Program-made: the position numbers and the translations under genes | Shown: piece after piece, positions 1 to 12,000 of the stretch | How positions within the stretch are numbered: the stretch's first letter is position 1 | Layout: the number at the start of each line of letters is the position of its first letter | Notes under the pieces: model-generated | Told to the model about the DNA's origin: nothing | What the model saw: the letters and a program-made list of their open reading frames with translations, nothing else | The model's database searches: none | From: Cyanophora paradoxa CCMP329 | Lineage: Eukaryota > Plantae > Glaucophyta | Direction: 5' to 3' | Length of the DNA stretch: 64,000 nt | Assembly (NCBI GenBank): GCA_004431415.1 | Contig: QPMI01000494.1 | Span: forward strand, 124,001 to 188,000

Positions 1-41
1 CCAGTTTGCAGGCCTAGGCCGCGCATGAGTTCGCCGCGCAG

Positions 42-2478
42 GGCGCAGGCGAAGCTTGTCATCACCAAGTCGCTGGCCAGCGACTTTGATTTCCAGGTAC
101 GCGCGCGCGCATCCCGCCGCTGGCGCACGCACATGCCGCCCGGGCCCGTGCACGTGTGCACGCGCCGGCGTGCTCACGGCCGCTGCAGGGCCACCCGAGC
201 GACTTCCGGGCGATCGACACGGACCACGACAACTTCGCGTCGCAGGCCGAGCTGCAGGCGTTCTTCGCGGCCCAGAGCCTGGACTCCACCACGATCAGCG
301 AGCTGGTCCGCCTCGTTACTCGATCATTTCGGATTCTAGATCTATGCAGGCCGTCTGTGTGCGCTTAAATTGAACGCATTGTATCCTCCGCGCAGGTCGG
401 CCTTTACGACGGTGCGCACGGAACTTCAGTTCGATTCATGCGCGGCCAGCGCGCGCGCTTTGGCTGCATGCAGCTCGCGCACGGCATTAATATTGCTGGG
501 ACATAGCTATATATAAGTAGAGAGGCAGCTGGGCCCCGCGAATTCTCTTACACTCCGGCTCTTTTCCTGCGCAGCGACCATCAAGCGTGCCGACAACAAG
601 TACGCGAACGGCAATGCCGACGGCAAGCTCCACATTAACGAGTGCGCCGGCGCCCGTCCTTCTAAGATCTAGATCTCTAATTTTAGCTATTGATCACAAG
701 GTGGCTATGTAGCCATGTAGCTCCCATATGCATGGCTTGATCATGACGGGGGTGACTCGCAGGTGGGTGAACTGCGGCGGGCACCCCCTCCAGTCGGACG
801 CGTTGGATGCGGCGGCGGAGGACGAGGTCAACACCATCTGCCCCTGCGAGATCCCGAAGTGCCAGGAGCTCCCCGAGATCCCTCCGTGCCCCACCGTGCG
901 CCCGCGCCCGCCCTCCAAGATCTAGCTAGAGCTTGGGCCCCGCGCATGCATATGCGGATCTAGATCTAGATCTAAATCTGCGGGCGGGCCGGGCCGCAGA
1001 CCGATGTCAGCAGCCTGGCGACCGCGAACGCTGTCAGCTCGCTGGACGCCAAGATCGACGGCCTCGACTTCGACTGCAACTGCCCCGAGGTGCGGCGTCC
1101 GCGCGCGCGGGCGGCCACTTGCCAGCATCTGGCTTCGTACTCACGACAAGCGCAGGTCGACCTGTCGGAGATCCTTAGCAAGCTCGACTCGCTCGCCAGC
1201 GACGTGACCACCATCAAGGGTGATGTGACCACCATCAAGACCGACGTGACCGACATCAAGGGCGACGTGTCCACCATCAAGACCGACGTGTCCACCATCA
1301 AGACCGACGTGACCGACATCAAGGGCGACGTGTCCACCATCAAGACCGACGTGTCCACCATCAAGACCGACGTGAACAACATCCAGGGCGACGTGACCAC
1401 CATTAAGGGCGACGTGTCCACCATCAAGACCGACGTGTCCACCGTTAACACCAAGGTGCGACTTGCCTATTTGCACTAACAGAAGACGCCATCAGCAGAT
1501 TTCTTAACCGCCTGCCCGGTAGGTCGACAACCTGAGCACCCAGATCGACAACTGTGCGCTGTCTTGCAACTGCAGCTGATCGTGACTAGCCACTCACCGA
1601 TCTGACGTGCGCACGCGCAGCGACCAAGACCATCACCGGCGCCGTCGGCGACTCGACGACCACGATCACGGGCGCGATCACCTCCGCGACCACCACGATC
1701 ACCGGCGCCGTCAACACCGCCGTCACCACCATCAACAGCAACACCGAAAGCTCGGTCAAGAACGGTCAGCGCGGATAAAATGACTAGATGGGTTTTTAAA
1801 AATTCGATGAAATGCTCTAGATTGATTCCACGTCTGACGCGGGTCGCGGCAGCGGCCACGGACATCAAGACCCACATCGACAACACGGCCACGACCATCA
1901 TCAACGACACGAAGACCAACATCGACAACTCGGCCAAGACCGTCATCGGCGACACGAAGACCAACATCGACAACTCGGCCACCAAGATCATCGGCGACAC
2001 GAAGACCAACATCGACAACTCGGCCAAGACCATCCAGGGCGACATCACCAACGCGACGACCAACATCACCAACCACATCGATGGCGCCGAAGAGGACATC
2101 AAGGACAAGATAGCCGAGGTGAGTGTTCAATTTGCCGGGCCCCAGCGTGTGCCGAACCCGGGTCACGGCGGCTGAGCACCAGGGCCGCGCGCGCAGATCG
2201 AGCAGCTGGACATCGTCGCGTCGTTCACCAAGAACCCGAACGTCACCTGCTCGGCCTCGGCCGCGCAGAGCTTCGCGACCGTCGAGACCTACGACGCCGC
2301 GGTGCGCTCTAGATCTTAAGCTTGCGCCCCGCCCCCCGCGCGCGCCGCCCGCCGGCCGTGGCTGCGACCGACCGGGACGGGGCGGCGGCAGTACGGCGAC
2401 GACGACCTGGACTTTGTGGAGGCGGAGCTCGCCGCCGACACCGCCTTCGCCGCTGACTTCGAAGCGTACGACGCGTAG
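42..2478 (+). CDS. 5'-partial multi-exon gene: EF-hand pair, Cys-rich linker, long coiled-coil stalk (heptad, hendecad and pentadecad exons), acidic C-terminus
   Basis: Spliced exons give DFRAIDTDHDNFASQAEL (EF-hand loop, ~189-305), ADNKYANGNADGKLHINE (~575-641), CPCEIPKCQELPEIPPCP and DCNCPE. These are followed by (DVxxIKx)12, 11-aa and 15-aa repeats, and ...DFEAYDA-TAG at 2476-2478. Short GT..cgcag introns separate the exons. The start lies upstream of the window. Confidence 0.75.
1201..1452 (+). repeat. 12 x 21-bp coding tandem repeat (heptad DV[ST]TIK[TG])
   Basis: GACGTG(A/T)CCACCATCAAG(A/G)(C/G)C units read directly; the translation is in ORF 1090..1479. Confidence 0.95.
1909..2043 (+). 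repeat. 3 x 45-bp coding repeat (pentadecad TKTNIDNSAKTxIGD)
   Basis: ACGAAGACCAACATCGACAACTCGGCC recurs every 45 bp. Confidence 0.9.
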
Positions 2479-3068
2479 AGCTTCGAATTCGGAGCGCACC
2501 GCCGCAGCCGGCGCCGCAACGTTTAACGACGGCGTCGCGAGTTCGGCAAGCACCATCCTTTTTGTTGGATGAGCTTAGTAATGGAAATGCCATGATGTGA
2601 TCATGATCAGGATAATGAATTAAATAATACAACTGCAACGAATCCAAGAAGCATGGTCTCTCGGCTAGACCTCGATTGCCTAATTAAAATAACGCGGCAA
2701 CGCTTTCGAGCTTGATCGAACGAATAAAAGCTTGGCGAATATATATATGAAAAAGAAGCGTGAACGATCAAAGCGAGCGAGTGTAAACGACGGGTCACTG
2801 AGTCACCGGGTCTGCAGCTAACTTGGCAACGCTGAGGCTGAAACAGGGCTGGTGCTATAACTGCCCCTCGCCTCTGACGGCGCGCAGGTTCTCCCAGGAC
2901 TACATTTATATACCTTTACGTCTGAATAGTAACGCTGCTACCGGTAGCTTGATATGTACGTTAACGCTGTCTAACTTGCGATTGGCAACGCTAGCACTGT
3001 CGGAAACTTCGCGCGATCATGATCACCAGGAAAACGGGGTCTAGATCTGATCCGGCTCCGTGCTCCGT

Positions 3069-6000
3069 TTATATATTCGGAGACTGATCACAGCAGGATC
3101 TGCATGGGCGGCCTCGGCCCCGACGCGGCGACGCTCGGGGCGGGGCGGGGCGGGGCGATGGGCAGGACGGCCGGCCGCGGCGCCGGCGCCGGCCCGGCGA
3201 CGACGGTGGAGGAGGAGGGGCGCGGGCCCGCGCCCGGGCGCCCGCGGGCCCGCGGGGCGCGGCGGGGCCGGACCCCTCGCCATACACGTCGTGCCAGGCG
3301 CCGGCGGGATCGACTTCGCGCGGGGCCGCGCGGCGGCGGTGGCGGTAGACGAGGAATCCCGCGACGGCGGCGCCGATCGCGAGGGCCGCGACGCCCCCGA
3401 CGATCGCGCCGGCGATGGCGCCGGCAGACGTGCCGGAGGACGGTCCGGGGCCGGCCGAGGCCCAGGCGGAGACCTGCTGGGCCGCCGGCGCGGCGGCGGG
3501 GCCGCCGGCCGCGTCGGACGTGTCGATGGACGTGGCGGGCAGGCCTGCAAGCCGGAGTCAGCAAAGCTAGAGGCAAGCTTCCCATTTCTTTGATTGAGGC
3601 GGACCGGACACAAGGGCGCGGGAGACGTCGAAGCGGAGCACGACGAACGCGGGCCCGAGGGCGAGGCCGCCGCCGCCGGCCGCCGCCAGCCGCGAGAGCG
3701 CGGCGTAGATTTCGTCCAGCGACTTCTCCTGCTGCGCCGCCGCCGCCGCCGCCGCTGCGCCGCGCGCCACCGCGCCCCACTCAAAGGAGCACGCGGCGGG
3801 AGATGACAAGTTATTTGAAGTTATAACTTGCGTCTTAAATAATAAGTTCTAACTTGCGTCTTTAGTAATAAGCGCGCGCCCGCGGGCGCCGCGGCCGCCG
3901 CCTCGAACGAGCACGCGGCGGTAGATCTAGATGGCAAATTATTCAAAAGAGCACCGGCTGCGTGCGGAAATTTAGATGGAAATTTAAAGCCGCGGAAATT
4001 TAGATGGAAATTTAAAGCCGCAAACGCACCGGCGAGGAGAGTGCGCCCCGAGGCGGAGGCGGAGGCGGACGCGGACGGGCGCTCGCGGATGGCGATTTCG
4101 ACGTCGACGGCGCCTGCGGGCGGGCCCGGGCGGGTGCGCGTGATCGTGAGTGGCGGGCGGGCGGGCTGGCTGGCTGACACGGCGGCGCAGCAGATCTAGA
4201 GACGGCGGGCACCGGGTTCGGTGCTGGCGGCACTGCGGAGGACGACGACGCGGGACGGGGAGATCTGCGGGCGCCCGGGCGATCGGCAAGCGCGAGGCGA
4301 GAGTCGGGAAGGGGCGGGGCGGGCGGGGGCGGGCGGGGCGGGGCGGGGCGGGGCGGGGCGGGCCTCGAGAAAGTCGGCGACGGCGCGGGCGAGGGCGGCT
4401 GCCGTCGTGTCGTTCCACGCGCCGCGGCCGCTCGGGCGGACGGTCAGCTTCAGCAGCACGACGGGCTCGGGCGCCGCCGTCGGCTTCGGCCGCGTCGGCA
4501 GCGCCTCCTCCTCCTCTTCTTCCGCCGCCACCCCGCCCGCCCCGCCCGACGGCGTCGGCTCCGCTTGCGCTGTACTGGAAGGCTCCTGCGTCGTAGCGGC
4601 CGGCGGCACCGTCGGCTGCGCCTCCCCTTTCGGCCCTTCCTCCGCCGCAGGCGGCGCGGCAGTCGGTGCCGGGGCCTCGGCGGTGGGCGCCTCGGAGGGG
4701 GCCGGGGTCGGCGCCGGCGCGTCGGGGACGGGCGTCACGATCCGCGTGCCCCGCGCCAGACTCTCGTCCACATCGCGCAGCTCCACGCCGCCGCCTGCAC
4801 GGCGCGTCAGGGCCGACGCCGGCGGGCCGGCGCGGCGCGCGCGCGCGGACCGCAGGCGCCGCTGGCGTCGGTGATGCTTAGAGTGAACTCGCCGGCGTCC
4901 TCCCGCGCAAAGCCTGCATGCAGGCCAGGGCCGTCAGCTGGGGCGAGCGCGCGGTCTCCTAAGTCTGCAGGCGGGCAGCGTAGCCTAGAAGCAGTGCGGT
5001 TAGCTCGGGCGAGCGGTCTCCAAGGACAAGCTCTCAGCAGAGACGGCAGCAGCTTCTGCAGGTGGGCCGCGTAGCCTAGCTACTGTAGAACTAGCTAAAT
5101 ATGCAGCCCACTGAATTTTTCTAGTTCTACAGAAAATAGAAGCGCGCGTGCCTTCAACGAGGATTTGGTAGGGGACGTTCGCGGCAAACTCCCCCTGGAA
5201 GCTCGCCCCTCGCCGGCCGCCCTCGCACCCGCTGTCTGCTCGGGCGAGGGCGAGATCGAATCGAGATCAAATCTTGGTGGGGCGCGGGGGAAGAGCGGAG
5301 GGGGGTACGTGCGCACGGTCGAAGCGGTAGGTCGCGAGGTCGCACCCGACGAGGACGCCAACGAGCGCGTCGAAGGCCGGCGGCGCCGCGCAGAGGCTCA
5401 CGACCAGCTTCCGCGCCGTCGGCACCTTCATTAATTAAGCATACGTAATTAATTATAAGCATGAAGTTAGAACATGCATAACGGAAATTCTTTTAAGAAT
5501 CGTCGGCACCGTCAGCGTGTAGGCGGCGCCGGAGTAGCCCGGGAAGAAGCGCGACGGCGACGCGGCCGTCGTCCCGTTCACCGACGCCTCCTTGCACGGC
5601 GAGAGGACGGGCAGGTCGGCGCAGGCGCCGCTCTGCAGCGACGCGAAGGGGTCCGAGGCCGACGAGGTCGCCGCGCTGATCACGAAGACCGACGCCGCCA
5701 CGGTGCCCGAGCCCGAGCCCGAGCCCGAATCAACTGCGATCGATTAATATTTGGCGTTGGACGAGATCTAGAGCAAATTCGAGGCCTAGGGTGACCAGGC
5801 GGCCAGGACTTCCGCAGCTAATATGGCACGTTTTTCTGATATAAGTTGCGATTCTAGGGCGGACGCATGCGCACCGGCTGCGATGGACGCCAAGCGATCG
5901 GTCCCGAGGGCGTTGACGGTCGGAGCGACGGGGCACGACCCGTCCGAGTACGTGACCTGCCGGAAATTCAGGAATCCGGCAACTCTGGCGGCCCTGCGAT

Positions 6001-9000
6001 TGCGTCGGCGAGTTGGGCACCGTTAGGGCGAAGCTGCCGGCGCGGGTCCAATAGCCCTCCACGGCGATGGTGTACTCGACGCCGGCGGATAGCGAGACCG
6101 ACGCGATGGTAGACGCCAGAGTCGACCCCGAAATCGAGCAGCCATCGTCTGCTCAACCGACGCGTCGAAATCGATATCAATATCGATCGAGGTGGCGCGC
6201 GGAGAATTCGGCGCGCTCCCGCGCGCGCGCGCACCGTTCACGGCAATGACGTCGTTGACTGTGGCGGCGCCGACGGGGCACGAGCGCGCCACCGAGATGT
6301 ACGAGTCGTAGTTCGTGCTTGCGTTGCACGTGGAGATCCGGAACATCGCTGCGCCCGCACGCGCTCACGCTCGGCGCGGCTCGCGGCGACGCAGCCACGG
6401 CACGGGCACGCGTGCGCGGGCGCTGGCACAGGCGGGCGGACCCGTCGTTGGCGGCACGAAGGAGAAGAAGCGCTCGCCGCTGGGCTGGAAGCTCGAGAAG
6501 CGGTCCGGGGCGCCGACGGTCGATCCCGTCACCGTCCGGCACATCTCGACAGGATCCGGACTGCACGGCGAGACCACTGCGCGCGCCGGCGTCGCGGGCG
6601 ACGTCGATGCAGCGTCGATGGGCCCGTGGCGGACGCGGCGTACCGGGCGGAGAAGGCGAGGGCGAGGGCGAGGGCGAAGCCGACGGGCTCGGGGTGGGCG
6701 AGGGCGTGGCCGCGTCCGGGGGCAGGGGCGGGGTCGCCGCGGGCAAGGCGCTGGGGCTCGGGCTCGGCGTCGGGGCGGCGAGGCAGACCGGGTCCGTCAC
6801 GCGCAGCGCGTAGGCGCCGGTGCGCGAGCTGTAGCCGCCCACGACGACCGTGTACTCGGTGTTGGCGGTGGCCGCGAACTGCAGCCTCGAGCGGGTCGAG
6901 CCGCTGCAGCCGTCGTCGTCCCTGTGCAGCACCGACGGCGACGCGGTCGACAGGGGGCAAGCCGCGAAGACCTGCCGATTGCGAAACTCAGCGTTACTCT
7001 CTTCCCTCGCGCAGCTTCTTTTTATATATATGAGCCGGGACGGCGCACGTAGAGGTAGGTATCGTAGGATGCGCCGACGGTCGGGTCCGGATCGCCACAC
7101 ATGTCGAGGGTCACCGTCCTGCAAAGTACCGGCGAGCGTATACGTACGCGTGGGCGTGAGTAATATAGGCCAAAGCTACGATCGGCGGCGACAGTTCGAC
7201 GCGGCGCGGCTCGCGCGGCGCACCGGTCGGACGGGACGGAGAGCTTGTAGAAGACCTGCCCGCTCGTGAAGCTGGTCACGCTGCTCGGCAGCAGCGCCGG
7301 CTTGCCGACGTTTGAGCCGTGCACGACCGGCCCGCACGGCTGCAGCGACGTTGATCCTGCCGCGTCGCACGCGGCGCCTGGTGCCGGGGCCGCCGCCGGT
7401 GCTGCGCGGAGGCCGCTCAGCCCGCTGGCAGGCGCAACGGAGAAATTCATTGAATTCCAGCGGCCGCGAGGGGGCGCACTCGGCGTGACCTCGCCGACGC
7501 AGAGCAGCGGGTCGTTGCTTGTGAGGCGGAAGTTGCCGGCCGACGAGGAGTAGCCTGCGCGGGGAGCCCGTCACGCCGGGTACCGGTGGTGCAGGAGCTA
7601 TAGCTACTGTAAATTAAAACGGAGCAGTGCGCACCCTCGACAGCGATGACGTACGACACGCCGGCCTGAGCGGAGATTACGTCAGCGTCGCTGTGTATGC
7701 AGCCACCTTAAGCTTCGGCAAATGCGCGTCGCACCTGAGCGGTAAATGTGACGGAAGAGGCGCGAACGTTCGAGCACGAGTAGTCGTCATCGTTTCGGAC
7801 TAGAGCAGGCGGGTTCGAGCCGCCCGCGACGACGGGGCACGGGTTGCTTTCGTACACCGCGAGAACCGTGTCTGGCCGCCAGCACAAATCAGCTCGAGAT
7901 CGGACCCCGAGGGGCGCGCGCGTGCTCGCGACTCGGCGACTGTGCTCGAGCTCGGGACAGGGCGCACCGAAGTCGGCGCCGCCGACGCCACAGGTCGTCA
8001 AGGTGACGGAGCGGGCGGATGGGGCCGTGTACGAGTACAACGCCTCTCCGCTCGAAAACCAGGTGAAGAGGTTGGGGGCCCCGACGTTCGATCCCGAAAC
8101 CGACGGCGACGCGCACGTTGGCGCGAAGACCGGCAGCGCGCCGCACCCGACCGGCGGCGACGGGCTCGGGCTGGGTGACGGGCTTGGCGACGGGCTGGGC
8201 GACGGGCTTGGGCTCGGCGTCTCCGTCGGTGATGGGCTGGGCGACGGGCTCGGGCTCGGCGTTTCTGTGGGTGAGGGGCTGGGCGACGGGCTCGGGCTCG
8301 GCGTCGCCGTTGAAGACGGGCTGGGCGACGGGCTCGGGCTGGGCGACGGGCTCGGGCTGGGCGACGGGCTAGGCGACGGGCTTGGGCTCGGGCTGGGCGA
8401 CGGGCTCGGGCTGGGCGACGGGCTTGGGCTTGGGCTCGGGCTAGGTGACGGGCTCGGGCTAGGTGACGGGCTCGGGCTGGGCGACGGGCTTGGGCTGGGC
8501 GACGGGCTGGGCGTCGGCCGCATAGCTGCGGGGTGCGTCAGATCTCGAATGCGCCACGGGGGGGCGGGTGCAGCGTGGCATCTCCGTACCCAGAGCGCAG
8601 ACCGCGTCGGTGATTTCCATCGCGAAACTGCCCGACGCCCGGGTGTAGCCTGCGCGAAGTTGTTTGGCACGGTCGCAGCCACAATTTCCTATTTGAAAAC
8701 CCAAACTTCAAAGCACCCTCGACGGCGAGGAAGTAGTCAGTGTTGCCCTCTGCCGAGAACGTGAGGCGCGAGGCGCGCCCACCACAGCCGTCGTCGTCGA
8801 ACGCGACGCGCGGCGCCGCCGGCAGCGTCCCCTCGATCGGGCAGCCCGCGAAAACGTGGATGTAGCTCTGCGTAAATTGTAAAGAAATCAGCTTGTATGG
8901 CGCGCGGGCTCGACTTCGAAGCGAAATTTCGAAATGGCACGCACGTCGTAGGTCGTGAGCTGCGCGGGCAGGCGTCGTGGCCGGTTATAATTAGCTATAG

Positions 9001-12000
9001 GATGGCGGATTCCGAAGCTTTAAATTTGAGGATCGGATTGGCACCGCGGAGCATAGGGAGATGGTGACGGTGCGGGCGGTGGGGACCGAGAAGCGGTACC
9101 ACGCCTCGCCGCTCGCGTACGCATAGTCCGCCTGTGACGTGGTCGAGTCGGGGCGGGTCAGGGGGAAAGGGGGGAGGGAAGCGGACCTGGAGCATGTCGG
9201 GGAGGCCGACATTGGAGCCGCTGACGACGCCGCTGCAGGGGATGACGCGGGGGAAGGCGGCGCACGAGGGCGACCCCGCACAGGCGTGCTCGGTCACCGT
9301 CATGCTGAACTGGCCGCTGGCGCTGCCGACGCCCTCGACGACGATGAAGTAGGTCTGGCCGGCCACGACGCTCGCCTGGAAACGGGGGGAAACGGTCTCG
9401 TAGATGAAGCCCGTTCCGCAGCCGTTGTTGTCGGACGCGACGAGGGCGCCGCCCTGCAGGGGGCAGCCGGCGTAGAGGTACGCGACGGAGTCGAAATTCG
9501 TGTCGGGCGAGCAGAGGCTGACGGTCACGGTCCCTGTGTATGCCGGCACGAATCGGTAGTAGGCCTCGCCCGAGGGCTGGCTGCTCATCAGGTTCGGTGT
9601 GGACGCGGTGGTCGAGCCGATGCGCGCGCCGGTCGGGCACGACGGGATGACGGGCGCCGCGGCGCAGGCCGCCGGCACCGACGCCGCCGTCGGCGAAGGC
9701 GTCGGGCTGGGCGTGGGCGACGGGGACGGGCTGGGAGACGGGCTCGGGCTCGGCGACGGGGTCGGACTCGCCGTCGCGGCGGGCTGCAGGCCTGCGGGTG
9801 CGGAGCACTAGTCAGCCGCGGCCGCGGTAGGCGCTGTGATCGCGGTGCGGCGGTGGCAGCTCTGCACGCGTGCGTGCACGCACGGCAGACGTCGTCCTTG
9901 ATGGTAAGCGAGAAGTTGCCGACCTGGTCGTTGTAGCCTGCGCGACGGCGGAGGCGTCGGACGTCGACGGGCGCCGGCGTCGGCGTCGGCGTCGGCCGTC
10001 GACATGGAGAAGGCGGGGGCGGGGCGGGGCGCATGCGCACCGGTGACGAGGAGGAAGTAAGTCACGCCGCCCTGCAGCTCGTACGTGAGCTGGCTGAGCC
10101 AGCCGTTCCGGTAGGGGCAGGACGCCAAGCCCATGTCGTCTGCGTTGCGAAAATCGCTCAGTTGCGAAAATCGCTCAGTTGCGAAAATCGCTCAATCGTC
10201 GTCTACGGCATTTCGATCGCAAGGCCGTGTTCGACGGGCCATGGCCATGGCCAGGGTTGCGAAAATCGCTCACCGTTGAAGGCGAGTTGCGTGTAGGTCC
10301 CCAGGGGGCACCCGGAGAGCAGCGTCAGCATCGTCTGCGGGGCGGGACCAGAATCAGCCTAGTCGTTGTACATGCTGTTGTGTGCCAATAGTAATGCAAA
10401 TCGGCTTTATTGGTAATTATATAACAGGGGTTGGGATGCGGCGGCCTCACGTCGAACGCGGTGCGCTCGGAGCAGGTCGTGAACGAGACGGATCGCGTGG
10501 TGGGGACGCGGAAGCGGAAGGGGCTGTAGCGGCTCGTCGCGTACTTGTAGACGGCCGCCGCGTTGCTCCCGAGGATTGACGTCGACGCGCACGTGTCGAG
10601 AACGGGTACAGCGCAGTCTGCGTCGGTCGGGACGAGTCGGAAATGGGTGGGCGAGCGGCGCTGGAGATCTAAATTCAGCGCGGCCCGGCGCACCGGCAGT
10701 GACGGTGAAAACGGGGCTTTTGGAGAGAGCAAGGAAGGGGCTCCCGCTGGAGATGCGGAGATAGTAGCTCCCCGAGGTGGGCACGCTCTCCGGGGCGGTC
10801 CACAGGTAGCTACCCGCGTTCGGGATGCCGCCGGCGATCGGCCGCGTCTGCGTGCGCGCGGGCGGGCGGCTCTCATGATCAGCGGCGCCGGCGGCGGGCC
10901 GGGGCGGAGCGGCGCGGCGATCGCAAATGGAGCGCGCGCACCCATTCCTGCTCGTCGGGGGCCGTGACGCGGACGAGGTCCAGGCTGACCGTCGCGCGCG
11001 CCTCGCGGCCGACGTACGTCCACGCGACGGACATTGTCTGCGGCGCGTGCACACACACACACACACGTTGGCTGGGGCGAGGCCAGCTTGGTGGGGCGGG
11101 CGCGCAGGGGCGGGGCACCCTTCCCGACCCGGCGTCGATGTACGCCCCGGCGGCCGGGGCGCTGAACGTCCAGGGGGAGTAGACCTCGCAGGAGCGGCCG
11201 GAGTAGCCCGCGGGGCACTTGCAGAGGCCGAGCTCGCACTGGCCGCCGTTGATGCACGCCGGCGCGCACGGTGCGCACTGCAGCCGCATCGAATAATCCG
11301 CCGGGAACATCCCCCGCGACTGCAGCAGCCGGTTCGGGCTCCCCTGCGCGCTCGCCCAGTCAGCTCGGCAGCCGTTGTGACCTTGTAATTCTAAACGAGC
11401 ACAAGCAACCGCTCTAGATATCTAAGTCTGCGGCGCCAGCGGCGCAGCGGTCGGGCGGCGCACCTCGCCGGGGTTTGTGACGCGGTCTCTGAGGGAAAGG
11501 CCGAGGAGGACGGCGAGGACGTCGCTCTGGTTGGCCGTCGGGTTCGCCTCGAGGTAGAGCGCCGCAACGCCCGACACGAGCGGCGTCGCCATGCTCGTCC
11601 CTGCCATGCACCCGCCCCGTCGGGCGCGGAGGCGATATCGCGACAGCTGCAGGCCGCGCCCCGGCCCGAAGTTCACGCACCGGAGATGGTGTGGACCATA
11701 GAGGGCTTGGTCGGGTCCGCGCTGAACATCCACGTTGACGGAATATCCTGCCTGCGCGTACATGCAGCTTAAGCTTTCGTTCGAGACGGGCTTTGAAGAT
11801 CCAAACAGGCCTAGGGCCGCGCCGGGCGCCGGGGCGCCGCCGCGCGCGCGCACCCCGGGGCGAAGATGTCGACGCAGGTGCCGTAGTTGGAGAACCAGGT
11901 GCGCGCGTCCCGGTTGTCCGTCGCCGCGACGGTGATACCCTGTGCAACGTTAACGATTTTGCGTGACGTCACGGCGTCGCGATCGCCGCTCGCGAGCTCG

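Noticed and set aside
10145-10275. TTGCGAAAATCGCTCA x4 as operator/iteron array
   Set aside because: Short intronic tandem duplication next to a splice junction; no replication or regulatory context
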